Below the pieces are notes generated by a model. It did no database searches, was not told the DNA's origin, and saw only the letters and a list, made by a program, of their open reading frames with translations. From Paragordius varius (taxonomy: Eukaryota; Animalia; Nematomorpha), in NCBI GenBank assembly GCA_964247055.1, contig OZ176056.1:2170001-2234000 (forward strand): a stretch of DNA of 64,000 nucleotides, given 5' to 3'. Positions 1 through 13,419 of this stretch are shown here, piece by piece; position 1 is the first letter of the stretch; every line of letters starts with the position of its first letter. Both the position numbers and the translations under genes were made by a program.

Positions 1-480
1 ATGGTGTTTTAGTTGTTAACGAGTTGAGAATTGATTGAAAACAGATTTTGCCGGACGGTTGATTGTAAGATTTGGCTAACTTGAGTTTACTGTAAAGGAC
101 TAAACAGATTAAAATATTATTGTGTACATCCACTCATCACCGAAGCCCCAATTCAGTAACAAGATAGACGGTGTTTTGGTTGTTAACGAGTTGAGAATTG
201 ATTGAAAACAGATTTTGCCGGACGGTTTATTGTAAGATTTGGCTAACTTGAGTTTACTGTAAAGGACTAACCAGATTAAAGTATTATTGTGTACATCCAC
301 TCATCACCGAAGCCCCAATTCAGTAACAAGATAGACGATGTTTTGGTTGTTAACGAGTTGAGAATTGATTGAAAACAGATTTTGCCGGACGGTGTTTTGT
401 AAAGACTTGGCTAACTTGAGTTTATTGTAAAGGCCTAAACAGATTAAAGTATTATTGTGTACATCCACTCATTACCGAAC
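1..480. repeat. Tail end of a 167-bp-monomer satellite array (same family as 20627-38215)
   Basis: About 3 tandem copies of ATCCACTCATCACCGAAGCCCCAATTCAGTAACAAGATAG...; the last copy degenerates at ~470-490, just as the large array does at ~38200. Confidence 0.97.
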
Positions 481-1016
481 CCACCGATTTTCAAAACAAG
501 AGAAGGTTGTAGGTTTTATGTATTCTATTTGTGTCTTATTATTTAAAAAACATTAACTTTAATAAAATGATTGTTGCTTAAATTATATATGCTCATGTTT
601 TAAGCATTTTGTACAATAACGAGAAAAAGCTATTTCACAAATATTAATATTACAAACACAACATGGAAAAATTGAAAAATATTTTTTTAAAAGACTACTC
701 TACTTATTCATAAATTATGATTCCCATAATTATAAAAATAAGCTAAACCAATTTACATCTCTAATTCCCATTTCACAACCCAAAGAGTTAAATAGAAAAA
801 ACAAAAAAAAGAAATGGTTGTTTTTAATTTTTACTTATTGTCTGTGTAATTCAAATTACTGTAAGTTTGATTATACACATTTTAAAAATGTGAAAATGTA
901 AAATAATCATTTTAAACTACCGAAAATGTTCATTAAAAATAAAAACAAGGATTTTTTCATAAGATATCCACCTTATCAAATGACCCCACATGCTCAATGA
1001 AAATGGGCGAACACTG
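481..1016. repeat. Conserved right flank of the satellite arrays, copy 1 (paralog of 38215-38758)
   Basis: Colinear similarity by eye with 38215-38758, e.g. TTTAATAAAATGATTGTTGC, CCAATTTAC.TCTCTAAT, TGTGAAAATGTAAAATAATCATTT and CACCTTATCAAATGACC. Both copies end at AAAATGGGCGAACACT and then diverge. Confidence 0.9.
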
Positions 1017-1039
1017 CAGTGACTTACCGAGCAGGCGCC

Positions 1040-2270
1040 CGGGGCATAAAAACGATCTTGACCCATCGTCGATCGCATATATGTTAAAATAAATTTTAGT
1101 TTGCTGGAGGTTTCAAAACTAGCGACTGACGTTGAAATAGTTAAAAGTATTTGAAGTGCAATCCTTGTATTGGGAAACACCGCCGCATAAAATTATAAAG
1201 GTTAAGAGTTCTAAAGGAGTTTCAGGTTTGACACCTTTTCGACTTAGGAGTACTATCCTACAATCACAAATTTCATTAAATAGATCTGTTCCATTAAAAT
1301 CTCTATTGCAAAATTCGCCTATATATTTACTCTTATTTTTAAATCTTATTGTTATTTATTATCAATATTTTTGATATCTACAAAAATCTATAGTTTTCAT
1401 ATAATTTTAGCTTTTTTATGGCTTCCTCAAAAATTTGATTCCAATATCATTAGTTAAGGATTCAAGGTCCTTAAATGCTTCATTAAAATTAATTTTAGGA
1501 TCTTGCAATCTATGTTAAACCCTATTGATTCTTTTTCGTATTTGCTTGAAAAAAATTAACGTTAGAAATTAAAAACACTCTGGATTAAAACGGATGCCTC
1601 ACTTCTTGTTTCACTAGTATTTGAAGTATTTTTACTTAAATCTCTAATAGCTCTATCAAATCATTTATTCCCTCAACAATGCCATTTGCTTGAATTCTGA
1701 CACTCCATCGGGTTTCAGACTCACGCTTAACAGTTTTTTTAGTTTCTTTTTTAGTATGTCCCATCTAATAGTTGAACGTAAAAAAGATAGATATTTTAAA
1801 TTATTCCGGCGCAGGTCACAACAATAATATCTTGTTTTGATTTTTTCCATTTCAACATTTTATGAAGTATTACAACCAAATGCCCCTTAAAATATCTCAA
1901 AAAATATTTTTAGCGTCAGGCTAAATTTAATGATGTGCAGTTTAAGCCTCTTAGGCACATGATAAAGCAAATAGGTAAAAAATCTCCATATACTTTTCGG
2001 TGACTTTTTTTCCATTAATTTTTAACACTGTGAATACAAAGGCAAATAAATGTGTATTATAATTAAAATCGGATTACAAAGATTTTTATGATATTCTAAT
2101 ATCAGCGCTTCAATTTGAGTTATCCCATTTGGATTATAAAAGTTAACTATAAAAATTATAAGTTTTTTATCTAGAAGAAATATCAAATAATTTTTAGCGT
2201 AACCGATCTCAGAACAGTATGTATCCTAAAAACTCTGGGCTAGAAAACCACGCTAAACCTGCCATCTCGT
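1040..2270 (-). pseudogene. Degenerate hAT (ZMYM1/DUF4371-like) transposase, middle to C-terminal dimerization region
   Basis: ORF 917-1180 FPNTRIALQILLTISTSVASFETSSKLKFILTYMRSTMGQDR matches the hAT dimerization consensus FPN..IALRILLTIP.T.AS.ERSFSKLKLIKTYLRSTM.QERL. Frameshifted upstream pieces: STIRWDILK (~1750), AH(S)LNLA (~1925), EFLGYI (~2230). A hAT-type CAGTG.. terminus lies at 1017. Confidence 0.8.
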
Positions 2271-3047
2271 ACAGAAAATGTAATAAAATGTTAACCATTA
2301 ATGGAGTGACTTGTTGGTATTAAGTATGAAATAAGTGTTTTCTATATTTTAAAAAACTAATTTTTAAGATTTAACACTTTTCTAAAATTTTAAATTATTT
2401 TTTATAGTATATGATTATGGCTTACAAAAATGTTTTCATCTACATGCATAAAATGTAAGAAATGTTTATTTACTGAGGTAACATTCAAAGAACAGCGGTA
2501 TTTTATCAGGGAATATTGTTTCAACAAATAAAAAAAATAAAAGGGGATTTAAATAGTTAAACTAAAATTATGTCATATAGGCATTTATAAATAATTTATT
2601 TCAAACTTAAAAACAATCTTTTCCAGTTTTTGCCAATCGGGTAGATGTATATGTAGAAATGTTTTTTTAAACATAAATTTCCATAAGGTTTTGTGAGCAA
2701 ATTTTTGCCAATCATGATTTTCCGAATATTTCGCGGGGCACACGTGAGGTCTTGGAGGGTTGTTCGTTGGACAACCTTACCTTAAATCAATTATTTGCGA
2801 TGCATGTTATGTGCCATCTCGAAAAGTATTTATAACCATTTATTTTTTAATACCAATGCAGTTTCTGTATTTTACAGGTTATATCTAATATTAACTTACG
2901 GTAACTTCAAACGATCGTCAATTTAAGAAATCTAAACACGTATCAAATATATTTATTGGATAAATAACTTAGTGAATTTTGCTACAATATATAATCTATA
3001 ATTTTTTTATGAAAAATCTTCCAAAAATATTATATATGACAAATAAA

Positions 3048-3169
3048 TTATTCCGGCTTTAGATTTCTAATGGCTTCTTCCAAAACTTCTAAAATTAGAA
3101 ATTAAATACAGTTACATTTATAATTATAATGTTTAACACTGTATGTTATAGTTTAAAATATATTTGTTA

Positions 3170-3202
<33 letters not shown>

Positions 3203-6200
3203 ATTGATATTTCATGATCCTCCAATCCTAATGCATCTAGGATTATTATAAAAAATTGTTTATTTGGTTAAAGTGGAATTTTATTAATCCAGTGTAGTAA
3301 ATAACAAATAAGATAATATATTGAGTATTGTTAAATATTTTTTATATCTTAGGATGTATACTGTAAATAAAACTTCATTGTCAATTTATACCGAGGATTT
3401 CAAATTTTCTAGTTCTTAATTATTAGGAGTTTTTATGTGTGACAGGATTATCAATTTGCTTATATTACAATCGATATAAAAATTAATAAAAATATTTTTA
3501 AAAAATTAAATTATTTTTAAAAAATTTATAAAAAATATATTACTTTCAACTCCTGCATCTGGAAACATGGCACCTTAATTAATATAAAAATAAAGTTATA
3601 ATGCCATATAACCAGATATTTAAATATATTTTAATTTACAATATTTTAATAGAAAAATTTATAATTAATTACGTAATTTGTCAAGTTATTTGATAATTTT
3701 TTTGTGCATTTTATTTAGCAATTAATAGTAATTATATCAAAATTATTTACTTTCATTTGCTTTGTCGATTAAATCTAATTTAGGATAGCATAACTATGAA
3801 AAAATGAAGCCCGCTATATAAGGATCCTTTGTTGTTAAATGGATAAAAAGAATATATTTAAAAATTGAATTTTGGTTTTTATGGATTAACCATTTTTAAA
3901 GTAAATTTATCAAAAATCATATTTTGGTTTTAATATATTTTTTCACGGATATTCTTTCAAATTATAAAATTATAAATATCCGTATCATACTGTAATTATA
4001 TTTTAAATACACAGTAATAATTGGATTATACAGACAAAATGTATTTTCAAAATACAATCATACTTTTTATACCTTGATTTTTCTTATATAAAATATTTAC
4101 ACACCACTGTAAAATATAAAATTGATTGTGTTTCCAATATTCATTAGATAACTTAAAAATAAGATTTAATAGTAAGGTGGCCTTTTAGAAAAAATATCTA
4201 CGTTTTGTACGTGTAATTCCAATTTTAACTGTATTAGTAAAAAACTGATACATAATAAAATAGAAAGACTATTAAAAATTAATTTTAAAAATATAAAAGC
4301 ATTTTAAAGCCTTAATAAACTTTTTTGGGAAGTTTTTGCGTTTTTAAAAAGATAGTTTTTATTTTACCTTGAATAGTGTCCATCATATCTATATAAATAT
4401 TGTTTAAAGCCAAAAATATTATTTTTATATATTAAAATCTGTAAAAAAATTAGCCATGCAAAAAATATACTGCTAATGCGCTCTTTCAAAGCTAAATTTG
4501 AAATATATAATTTATTAATTTGTGAAATTTTCTAATTTTTAGTATTATAAAGCATTTTATGGATATTTTCATGCCGTCTAAATAATTTATAGAAATATTA
4601 AACAAAAGTCAAAAAGGTAATCTAACAAAAATCTTTCTCTAATATAAAAGAGTACTTGAAAAGTACTTTTTAAAATATTTAACAATTTTAATCCTATATG
4701 TGCGGTTGGAAAATCAGCGTGTCTCTGAAACCTAAATGGCTTAAATAAATATATCTTAAAAACCGGCAGTTTTAATAATTATTCGAATTTATTGTTATTA
4801 ATAATTTAGGTGATTTTAAACTAATGTCGTCAATTAATACACAATAATTATTTTGAGCATTATATAAATTTCTTAACTTATCACAAAATTTATCCCAATG
4901 TGGACTCTTATAGTAATCTTTACATACAATTATTTTTTTTATTACACCAATGTTTAATTAATTATTAAAAATTACCAATTTTGGCCCGATCTATATTAAA
5001 TTTAATGATTTAATTATAATTTTATAAATTATATTGCCATAAAAATTACTTATATTTTCTGGACCTAATCACGAAGTAAAAAATTTTAATAATTTTTATA
5101 ATGAAAACTATATATAAAAATATTTTACTAATATTCCGCGTTTCCTCCAAAAAGTTTTTTGAATCTAAATATATATAGGGATAATTTAATAAAGATATTT
5201 AAAAAATAAAATTAAAATTGCTGCAAAATGTAAAATAAAACATAAATAGAATTACGATTAAACCCTAAAATGTATTGAAGATTATAATGTAACGCAAAGC
5301 TATTTTGATTTAAAAATAAAAGGTCATTGATTAATATAAATCAATATATATGCCAAAAATTTAAAAATTTGATGGTATTAAAAACTTTATTAGAGTCTTC
5401 AGACTCCTTGGGAAATACAATAAAATCAAAAAAAAAAATTTTTAAGTTTTTCCGTATTAAATCACATGATTTTATATACCATTTTATAACCAAATGCAAC
5501 TAATTATAGCCATAGGAAAATAAAAATGTTTGTTTTAGTTAAAAATGTTGCGTTTGGTAAAATTGTTACTTTTGACTAAAAATCATATAATTATAATTAG
5601 ACGGGCTATTTGGAAATCAAATTAAATTTTATGAAAATATATCAGCTGCCATAAAGTAATTTTAAAAACCTTATCGATATCCTTATAAATTATTATAAGT
5701 CATACGTTTAGATATAAAACATCAGATTTAAGCTTTTTCGATTTTTATGTTTTGAAGTTTTTTGTTATTACAAATATGGTAAAGCTTTTAAATGTTCTAC
5801 ATTTTAAAAGAGTTAAAACACAAAACATTTGTTTCTCTTGGTTATTTGCGCTTATTTATCTTTTAAGGCGCTGGCCTCTCATAAGGATTTAAGGGAATTT
5901 GAAAGTCAATCGCAGTGGTTTTTCCTTAAAAATTTAAACAGGCTGTATGAAAGCACTTTTAGGGCCGCGGTTTTAATTAATCTATTGGCTTAATACAAAA
6001 ACCTAAGTCTCTTAAAAGCGTACAAGGGGAAATTCACAAACTACGCCAATTAAAAAGAGTGGAGAATTATGAAGACTACTGACCTGATTTATAAAAATTA
6101 GTCAGCAATATAATTACATAGGCAAATCAAGTTTTTAGTAAGACTCTGTATTTATACAAAACTTCTTGAATATTTTTTATTTTTACAAATATTTTGGATC

Positions 6201-9152
6201 ATTACAATTCATTAAAGCTAATGAATAAATTATACATTAACTTTCATCGATCTTCCAATAAATTTTAATTTATAACAGTTGAATTATGGTTTATATTTTA
6301 TAAAACGTATTTTATGAAAAGTCAGTAACCATCTAAGAGAACGGTTCCAATGTATACCGGTATTAAAAGTTATACTATAAGCCAGGTTTTCCAAATTTTA
6401 AGAGATATGCTGTTTATTTTAAATTTTTTACAACCCGATTGTGATTATAAACGAGCAGAAACCATTGAAATTTTGGTTCCACTTTTTTTGACCTGGTTGT
6501 CTAGGCGTTAGTTTACATGTTTTGCCCTTATAATTTTAATTTTTATTAATATAGATTATAAGTAAGACATATACCTTCCATAAGATTGGATCCTTCTGCA
6601 GAGGTAAAATAAATATATTCAATATATAAGTAAATTACTAAATACCTGTATTCAAATTTTCGACATCTGAAATATATGGTTTATATCAATAAAATCAAAT
6701 CGATATATGTGCAAAAATGGTTTTCAAAAATTGCTCAATTAGCTTTAAAATATGTGTTTAAAATATTTTAATATGAAAGAAATTTAGATTTGAAAAACAT
6801 ACGCTCCAATATTTGTCGGCCTATAAAATTAAAGTGAAATAAAATTCTTTTTTTTTAAAAAAAATTAATAATATAATTTTTTTGAATTGTACCTTGAACG
6901 ATTCTGTCATGACTAGTTTTAAATTTTTTGCCTTATGTAAAATATTATGGATGGTTTACTTGGTTGAGGTTCTAAATATGAGAAACGCTAAAGTGATGCA
7001 AAGTTTTTTGGTTACCTTTTTTAAAAAAATATATATTTTTTTTATTAAATGAAGCTTAACTAAAAGGAATTTACGTTCAAACGACTTAAAAAACTAATTA
7101 CTCACTTATGTTCTTAAAGTGCTGAGTACTCAATTTTATTTTTTAAAATTTATTTTATAAATTAACCAAGATTTAATCTCTATATTTAAACAATTTGCAA
7201 AAAAAATTAGCTTTAATATTAATATTACTTTTTTTGGATTAAAATATAAATTATACCGCTTATATCATCGTCAACTACATCAGAGTCTAAATTTAGGGAA
7301 ATATATATTTAAATATATATCCATCAGAACTGAATCAACAAAATTAAAATGGAGTCTCAAGAACTAACTTAATTTCGGCCTTAAATTTTGAATATCAGTC
7401 ACTGACCTCTGATAGGATAATATAAATTAGCCAAATTTTATATAAAAAATTAATATTTTGTGATTATTTTTAAACTTTTATGTGGAATATGGTTTTTTAA
7501 ATTGTCATACATCTTTTTAAAGGTGTCTATTTTGATTGCATTTTAATTAAAAGGTTAAAAAATTATCAGTCTTTTTGGACATCTATTTTTTTTAATTTGG
7601 TTTCATGTTATATAAATGTGATATGGAATCATACATTTCATAATTGATATAATATTTAGCCTACCTAGGGTAAACTGCTCATATGTGTAAAAAATTTGGT
7701 CGCAAAAAAATATATGTATTAAAAAAAATATGCTTATTTAAATTATTTTAATAACTTACAAATCATTAATAAACGTAATATTAATTTAAATTAATACGCT
7801 TGCAAATTTTTAACTAAAAATTTATTTTAATTCAACATCATATGATATTTTTGAATATTTTTAAAAGTGGGAAATGCTAAGGTCATATAAAATAAAATAA
7901 TTTTTTATAAAAATCTACTTCTTTGAAGACCGGATGGTCCAGGTTGGGGTTCTGTGGCCTCTGTTTTTGATATAATTTAAAAAAATTAATATGTATTTCA
8001 TAAAAATAATTTTCCCGTAAAATATTAAAATATATATAAAAATTAAAACCAGATGAGATTTGTGGGGTGAATTCAGTTATGGCATTATCAGAAACTAAAG
8101 AGAAAATGGATAATTAATGAAAATTTATATAATCACAATTGATTTATAATACTATTTCCTACTTCCTTAATATTAGTCTCAAACTTGCATGGACAATAAT
8201 TGATAATGTAATAGAGACTAATTTAAAAAATACCTTCAGTTGATGGTAGATCCACTCTGGGCCCTGATAAAAATTAAATATTTGCTTTTAGTTATAAAGT
8301 AGGATTTTTTGATTTTTGAACATTAACTGCCAAAAATACTTAGGTTAGGGTGTAATACAGACAAAAAAAAGTAAAAAATGTTTCTAAAAATAACGGTAGT
8401 TGAACAAATTTTAAAATTTGTTAATTGCCACCAAAAATTAACACTAACTTGTCATTACCTGGTTCGAATTGAGCCAATTCGCCTTCATTTTCTAGATTTT
8501 TAGATTTATTTTAAATAAACATATAAAAATTTCCAAAATAGATTTTAATTGGTTTGAAATAGTTTAGCGAAGCAAATATTTCAATTAAATAATTTTATAC
8601 AATTTCCAATGTGTTTACCTGTTGTAATATTGAAAAAACCCGAAATTACAAAACAAAAAGTTATTTTTATATGAAACAATTTAATTATTATATATATTAT
8701 TACCAGTATTAGCAAATGTTTCAACCAATTTAGCTGCCTCAGTGATTTCAACTATTTTAAAATAAAATAAATATAAACCAAAGTAAATTTTATAATATAT
8801 GGTTAATTTGATAATTAATTTTTATCATAACATATAATTTTTTGGATGATTAAATTTATATACCTCCATCTACAATATTTATATTTGTAAAAAAAATATT
8901 TGAGTTTTACCTGTGAGTACAGTGGCTACATATTGAAAATATTTAATTATATTTTTAAATTTAAAAATAATAGAAATTATCTTTGAAGTGATCGTTTTTT
9001 AACAAAGAAATTGGTAAAAAATTTATTTTAATAAAATAACAATACAAAGTTGCAAATTCATACAAAAATTAAATCAAAAGGCTAAAGTTTGTTTTTATGG
9101 TTATATATTAGGTTAATAACTTATCAAAACTCTGTTCGTAAGGAAAGAAAAT

Positions 9153-9202
<50 letters not shown>

Positions 9203-10647
9203 GTTATTGCAATTTTTAAAGAACTCTTTTGTCTTTGTAAAAAAAGAAAAATGAAATGTGCTAAAATTATTTTGTAAAAAATCAGAGTCCTCATACATTC
9301 GTCCCGCCTTAAATGGCCTTCACAGGAAACTATAGTAACGCGCTAAAAAATAAGCTCAATTTCCTATTTTTATACTAGAGTCTTGGCTTTAAATAATAGT
9401 TTTGACTAGTTGTTAGGTTTTTGGGGACCTCATAAAGAGCAAAAAGCAATAAACTCAAATAAAATATAATTAAAACAAATTTATAGTTCTTGCAAATGTA
9501 ATTTTGTTTATTCTTTAACGAATTTCTCGGTATGGTAATGTTGTCGGTTTAGAACGTATATACTGTTAATATACAAGTTTAAATGGGGTAACTTTAAATG
9601 CGATCAAAGAAAATAAGTAATGACTGGACTGAAACAATATTTACATATTTTTACTTCATAAAATAAAAGATTCTAGCCAATAATTTTTAATTAAAATAGG
9701 GAGAGTTAGGATCAAATATATACATTAGATATATTCATACAAGCCAATATAATAAATTCATATCTTAAAAAGGTCAAATCAGTTAACCTCTTTGAAACAA
9801 AACATATTCTTTATTGTTGTAAGACTTAATTCTGTGAAACTATACGGACAAAACGTACAAAAAAGGATACCTCACAAATTAAAACATTCGTTTGCCTTGA
9901 TTTTTCCCATTTTAATTTTATGTTTTTATTTAGTTTTTTAAGAATTTAAATCTCAATTTATCATTTTGTAAACGACAAAAGGCTGAGTTGATTTTCAATG
10001 TCAACATTTTAAGAAAGTGTTGTCTCTTATAGAAAGCCCTTCTTTGAGTTTTTCCGTTTTGTTTGTATGATTATGGTAAAATATTAATTTGAAAATAAAA
10101 TTACATTTTACATTATAAAAATACCCGAACTTTTATCCGGTAATATTAAAATATTTGCAATATAAATTAAATCATTATCGTTTACCTGCCACTGAAAATA
10201 TTAAATAATAACTTTATAAAAAATATTTTTATGATATTTTTCGAATTGGTAAATTTTAACCAAAAGAATTACACATTGCTGAGCCTAATATTTATCATTT
10301 TAAACATTAATAATAACTAGTTTGAAATATGGATGTAAAATTTAAAATTTTTTTGTCCATAACGTATAAACAAATTTAAAGTTATAAATAAATTAAATGA
10401 ATTTTACAATAAAATAACTCACCAAAAAAATGTAAATAATTTATCAATATTGGATAAAATATAATTTAGTTTTGATTATTTCTATATTTTTTTATTAATT
10501 TCAACGGTTAAAATTACTAACTTTTTTGTTTGATATAAAGCAATTATGAAGAAATACTTGTGGAGCTAAAGCACCTAAGAAGTTTAAAAGCAAAAATATA
10601 TTTCGAGAGATACAAATATGTCGTACCAATTCCGATCGCTGCAACAA
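3048..10647 (-). CDS. Candidate micro-exon gene (partial model), acidic/disordered protein of unknown function; may be more than one gene
   Basis: GC-richer islets flanked by AG and GT on the minus strand, mostly 3n long and phase 1-1: 10647-10627, 10191-10186, 9342-9297 (0-1), 8925-8911, 8869-8864, 8751-8704, 8491-8459, 8263-8234, 8094-8050, 7960-7919, 7286-7257, 6971-6960, 6820-6803, 6666-6646, 6595-6575, 5164-5129, 5064-5050, 4990-4976, 4491-4471, 4388-4368, 4228-4211, 4106-4101, 3774-3751, 3573-3544, 3236-3201; terminal exon 3088-3048 (EVLEEAIRNLKPE*). The 9342-6575 chain reads without stops: RVTIVSCEGHLRRDESTVLTDGVEITEAAKLVETFANTENEGELAQFEPGPRVDLPSTEVSDNAITEFTPQISSEATEPQPGPSGLQRNSDVVDDDISEPQPSRQILEHVENLNTEGSNLME. 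The start codon and several linking exons are unresolved. Confidence 0.6.
3172..3199. repeat. (TA)n microsatellite directly after a putative splice donor
   Basis: Perfect TA run; on the minus strand it begins at the GT of the donor at 3200. Confidence 0.95.
5776..6082 (+). CDS. Candidate ~50-aa protein (MALASHKDLREFESQSQLYESTFRAASLKSVQGEIHKLRQLKRVENYEDY*) with short introns
   Basis: GC-richer island. Model: ATG 5776-5778, intron 5779-5867, exon 5868-5914, 27-nt intron 5915-5941, exon 5942-5969, 38-nt intron 5970-6007, exon 6008-6082 ending in TGA. No homolog recognised. Confidence 0.3.
9157..9198. repeat. (TA)n microsatellite
   Basis: Perfect TA run; it produces the spurious IYIYIY ORFs in the track. 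Confidence 0.97.
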
Positions 10648-10794
10648 CTAATTTAAATCAATGATAAAATAAATTAGTAATTAAATTTTTAAAACAAAAC
10701 TCTTCGATATTTAAACAAAAATTTTAAAATAACTGGTGTAATTATTCTTTTTAGGCTTAAATAATGATGTAATCCTTAATATAATGTTTTATCC

Positions 10795-12165
10795 AGGGGC
10801 GTATCCTGCACCGCAATCCTTCAAAACATTTTTGTGAATTATTACACTAGTCGACAAGCATTTTTGAGCACCACCACTCAAAATTTTAAATTATGACTAA
10901 TTTCAGTGTTCTAAAACCGAATCTAAATTTTGATCCCCCCAATCAGAATTTTGAGATATTATTGGCTTTTTAATTATTCAAAAACAAGAGAAAATCAAGA
11001 GAAAATTAAATATAAATTTATAATAAATGGTTATTATATTATAAAATTAATTTCATTTAATAAAGCTATCTTTTAAATATAAATATGTTATTTAAATATC
11101 AGGGAGAAAATAATAGTACGGATATAAACGTCAAAATTTAGTCTTTTTTAGTTAATCTTAAACACGTACAAAGTTATATTAAAAAAATACTAAAAGATGC
11201 ATTCTATGGTTTAAACCTTTGGCTTTCAGATAGGCTATATTTATTTTGTTGGATTTTGTTATTTCTAGGTATTTTCTATTCGGCTGACTCTTACAAAAAA
11301 TCTTCTTACTTATACCTAGTGAATATTATTTATCTCTAAAATGATTGGCTTTTATTTGAATTTAGATGGATGTTTGGCAGCCACTTTTATTACCTGGATT
11401 ATGGTAATATACCATAATAATATTATAAACTGCAAGCATTTGAACTTCTCTAATCTTCTTATACAATTACATGGTCAAATCTGTCTAACTCTATTCTGTG
11501 AATTGGTTAATTTAACATGTCAATATAGATTTTGCTGAAGTTACTACTTTATATTGAACCTCTCTCCTACCGGGCTTTAAACACCTCATTATTGTATACC
11601 TTTGCCATATCTGGCATTATAGGATTGCTTCGGGGATTTTTGCAGGGCTTATGCAAGCCACCGGGATATACCCACACACCATATATTATCCTTTTGATTT
11701 TTAATAATCTTTGGCTCTTAGCAATATATTTTAATTCGATATTCTATAAGTTTTACAAAATATTTTATTTAATGCATATAATTTTTAATTAATATATCCA
11801 ATAAATTGATATTTATTTATTGTATATTGTCCATTTCTTTTACATTTTCTGCACAGTCTTCGTTTAATCTTCTGTAGTATCGTATACAGGGTCTGGTATA
11901 TTTGAATCATTTATGCATTTTAGTTCTATTTTAAAAAAAACCTGGCTTTGGAATACCACTTCTTTTGACTTGCTCGTTTAAATATTTAAATATAAGTGCA
12001 CTAGGAATATTTATTTTATAAAATTAAATACAAAATTTAAAATAAAATTTTTAAAAAATCCTATCGGGGGCCTCATATTTTAATTTTGTTTTGGCCTTTC
12101 CATCCCATTAGGTAACAGAAAATGCAAAAAATGGGGTGGTGCAAAACCTTGTTGACCAGTGTTAT
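10795..12165 (+). mobile_element. ~1.35-kb non-autonomous DNA element, copy 1 (inverted copy at 51558-52700)
   Basis: Starts CAGGGGCGTATCC (hAT-like end). Segments ACACTAGTCGACAA, TTATGACTAATTTCAGTGTT, CATTCTATGGTTTAAACCTT, CCATATCTGGCAT and GGGGTGGTGCAAAACCTTGTTGA recur as reverse complements at 51558-52700. Confidence 0.8.
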
Positions 12166-12252
12166 CAATTAAAATTATATGAATGGCAAAAATATGTCCA
12201 TTTATTTTATTCAAATTTTTTGGAAAAACTTTGCTAAATTGGTGAATAATTA

Positions 12253-12253
<1 letters not shown>

Positions 12254-12296
<43 letters not shown>
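12254..12296. repeat. (TA)n microsatellite
   Basis: Perfect TA run. Confidence 0.97.
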
Positions 12297-12298
<2 letters not shown>

Positions 12299-13419
12299 CG
12301 AATGCTATTAATTCAAAAATGCGTCTCATAAAGCCATTTGTTATAGTTACCCCTGTTTTTTACCCATCTTATCTAATTATTGGTTTGTATAAATTGTGAG
12401 TCAATCAAAATCATTTTATTATATCTTAAAATGCAAATTTAATGTTTTTATTTTTATTGATTAATTCCCTAATTTTGAACTTTTCTTTAAGTTAAAATTC
12501 TGGTAAAATATATTGACAATAAATGCCATGAGGTCCAATTATTTGTCCAAACTGTCCCATTTAAGATGTATAAAATAAATGAAATATGAATAAAGATAGT
12601 ATACCAGGAGAAGCAGCTAAAAATTTTTTCCATAAATGACAGAATCCTTTTTATATTAAATATATTTTCATACTTGTGTCCGACCTTTGTAAATTGGGCT
12701 TGATTTGTTGAGCCTTTCATATATCTTTTAAGAATTATAATATTACTATAAAGTTTTATTTAATGTCAATTTCATATCACTGAATTTATTTCAAACGTTT
12801 GGCTATGATTTTCAAAATTTTATGCTACTAAAATTCTAAGCAGGGAAAAATATCAGTTAAAATCTTATAAATATAAAAAATGTAAAAGCAAATTGAGTTT
12901 TTTTGAATAATATGATGCAATATCATCAAAATTAATAATAAATTTATTTATGAATTTTCGTTAGATTCCTCTAACTTCTTCGGACCAACACAAAAATTAA
13001 GCCTGATTATTTATGCATTTTCAAATATAAATACCGTTTTATTAGACTCTTTCTTTATATTCGCAGCTATATTTAGAATGAATAAGATTTCTAATTGCTA
13101 TTTAAAAACATCACATTAAAATCTTTAACCATTTTAACAACATAAAAATGATTTAACATTGTATTCCGAATCGGTGAATGCAAATTTTATTTTTTCTTAA
13201 TTATTATCGTTAAGCTTTTTTATTTCAAGCGGACGCTCTTCATTCCTAACTATGAGCTTTAAAATACTGCCCAACTGCATTTTCCAAATACATAAACAAA
13301 TTTTTTTATAATGATCGTTGGTTAACATTGTGTAAAAATATAAAAACCTTTAGACTAAAAAATGAGGTAATCAATTATTTAACATAAAAATAAGATTTAC
13401 AATTGAAAGGCAGTTAATA

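Noticed and set aside
3048-3420. EF-hand-like reading FEILDALGLEDHEISIEVLEEAIRNL at the end of the micro-exon gene
   Set aside because: It depends on an uncertain upstream exon, and the loop spacing is two residues too long.
6511-6526. Possible 16-nt intron (GTAAACTAACGCCTAG) extending the micro-exon chain
   Set aside because: It needs 10- and 8-nt exons and is shorter than any alignment-supported intron here; too many free choices.
9089-9298. IYIYIY-type ORFs here and at 19380-19598 and 53817-54057
   Set aside because: They stay open only because of (TA)n tracts.
12487-12720. GTVWTNNW resembling the aldehyde dehydrogenase GxVWxN motif
   Set aside because: No following PFGG motif or other ALDH motifs; the surrounding frame is intron-like.
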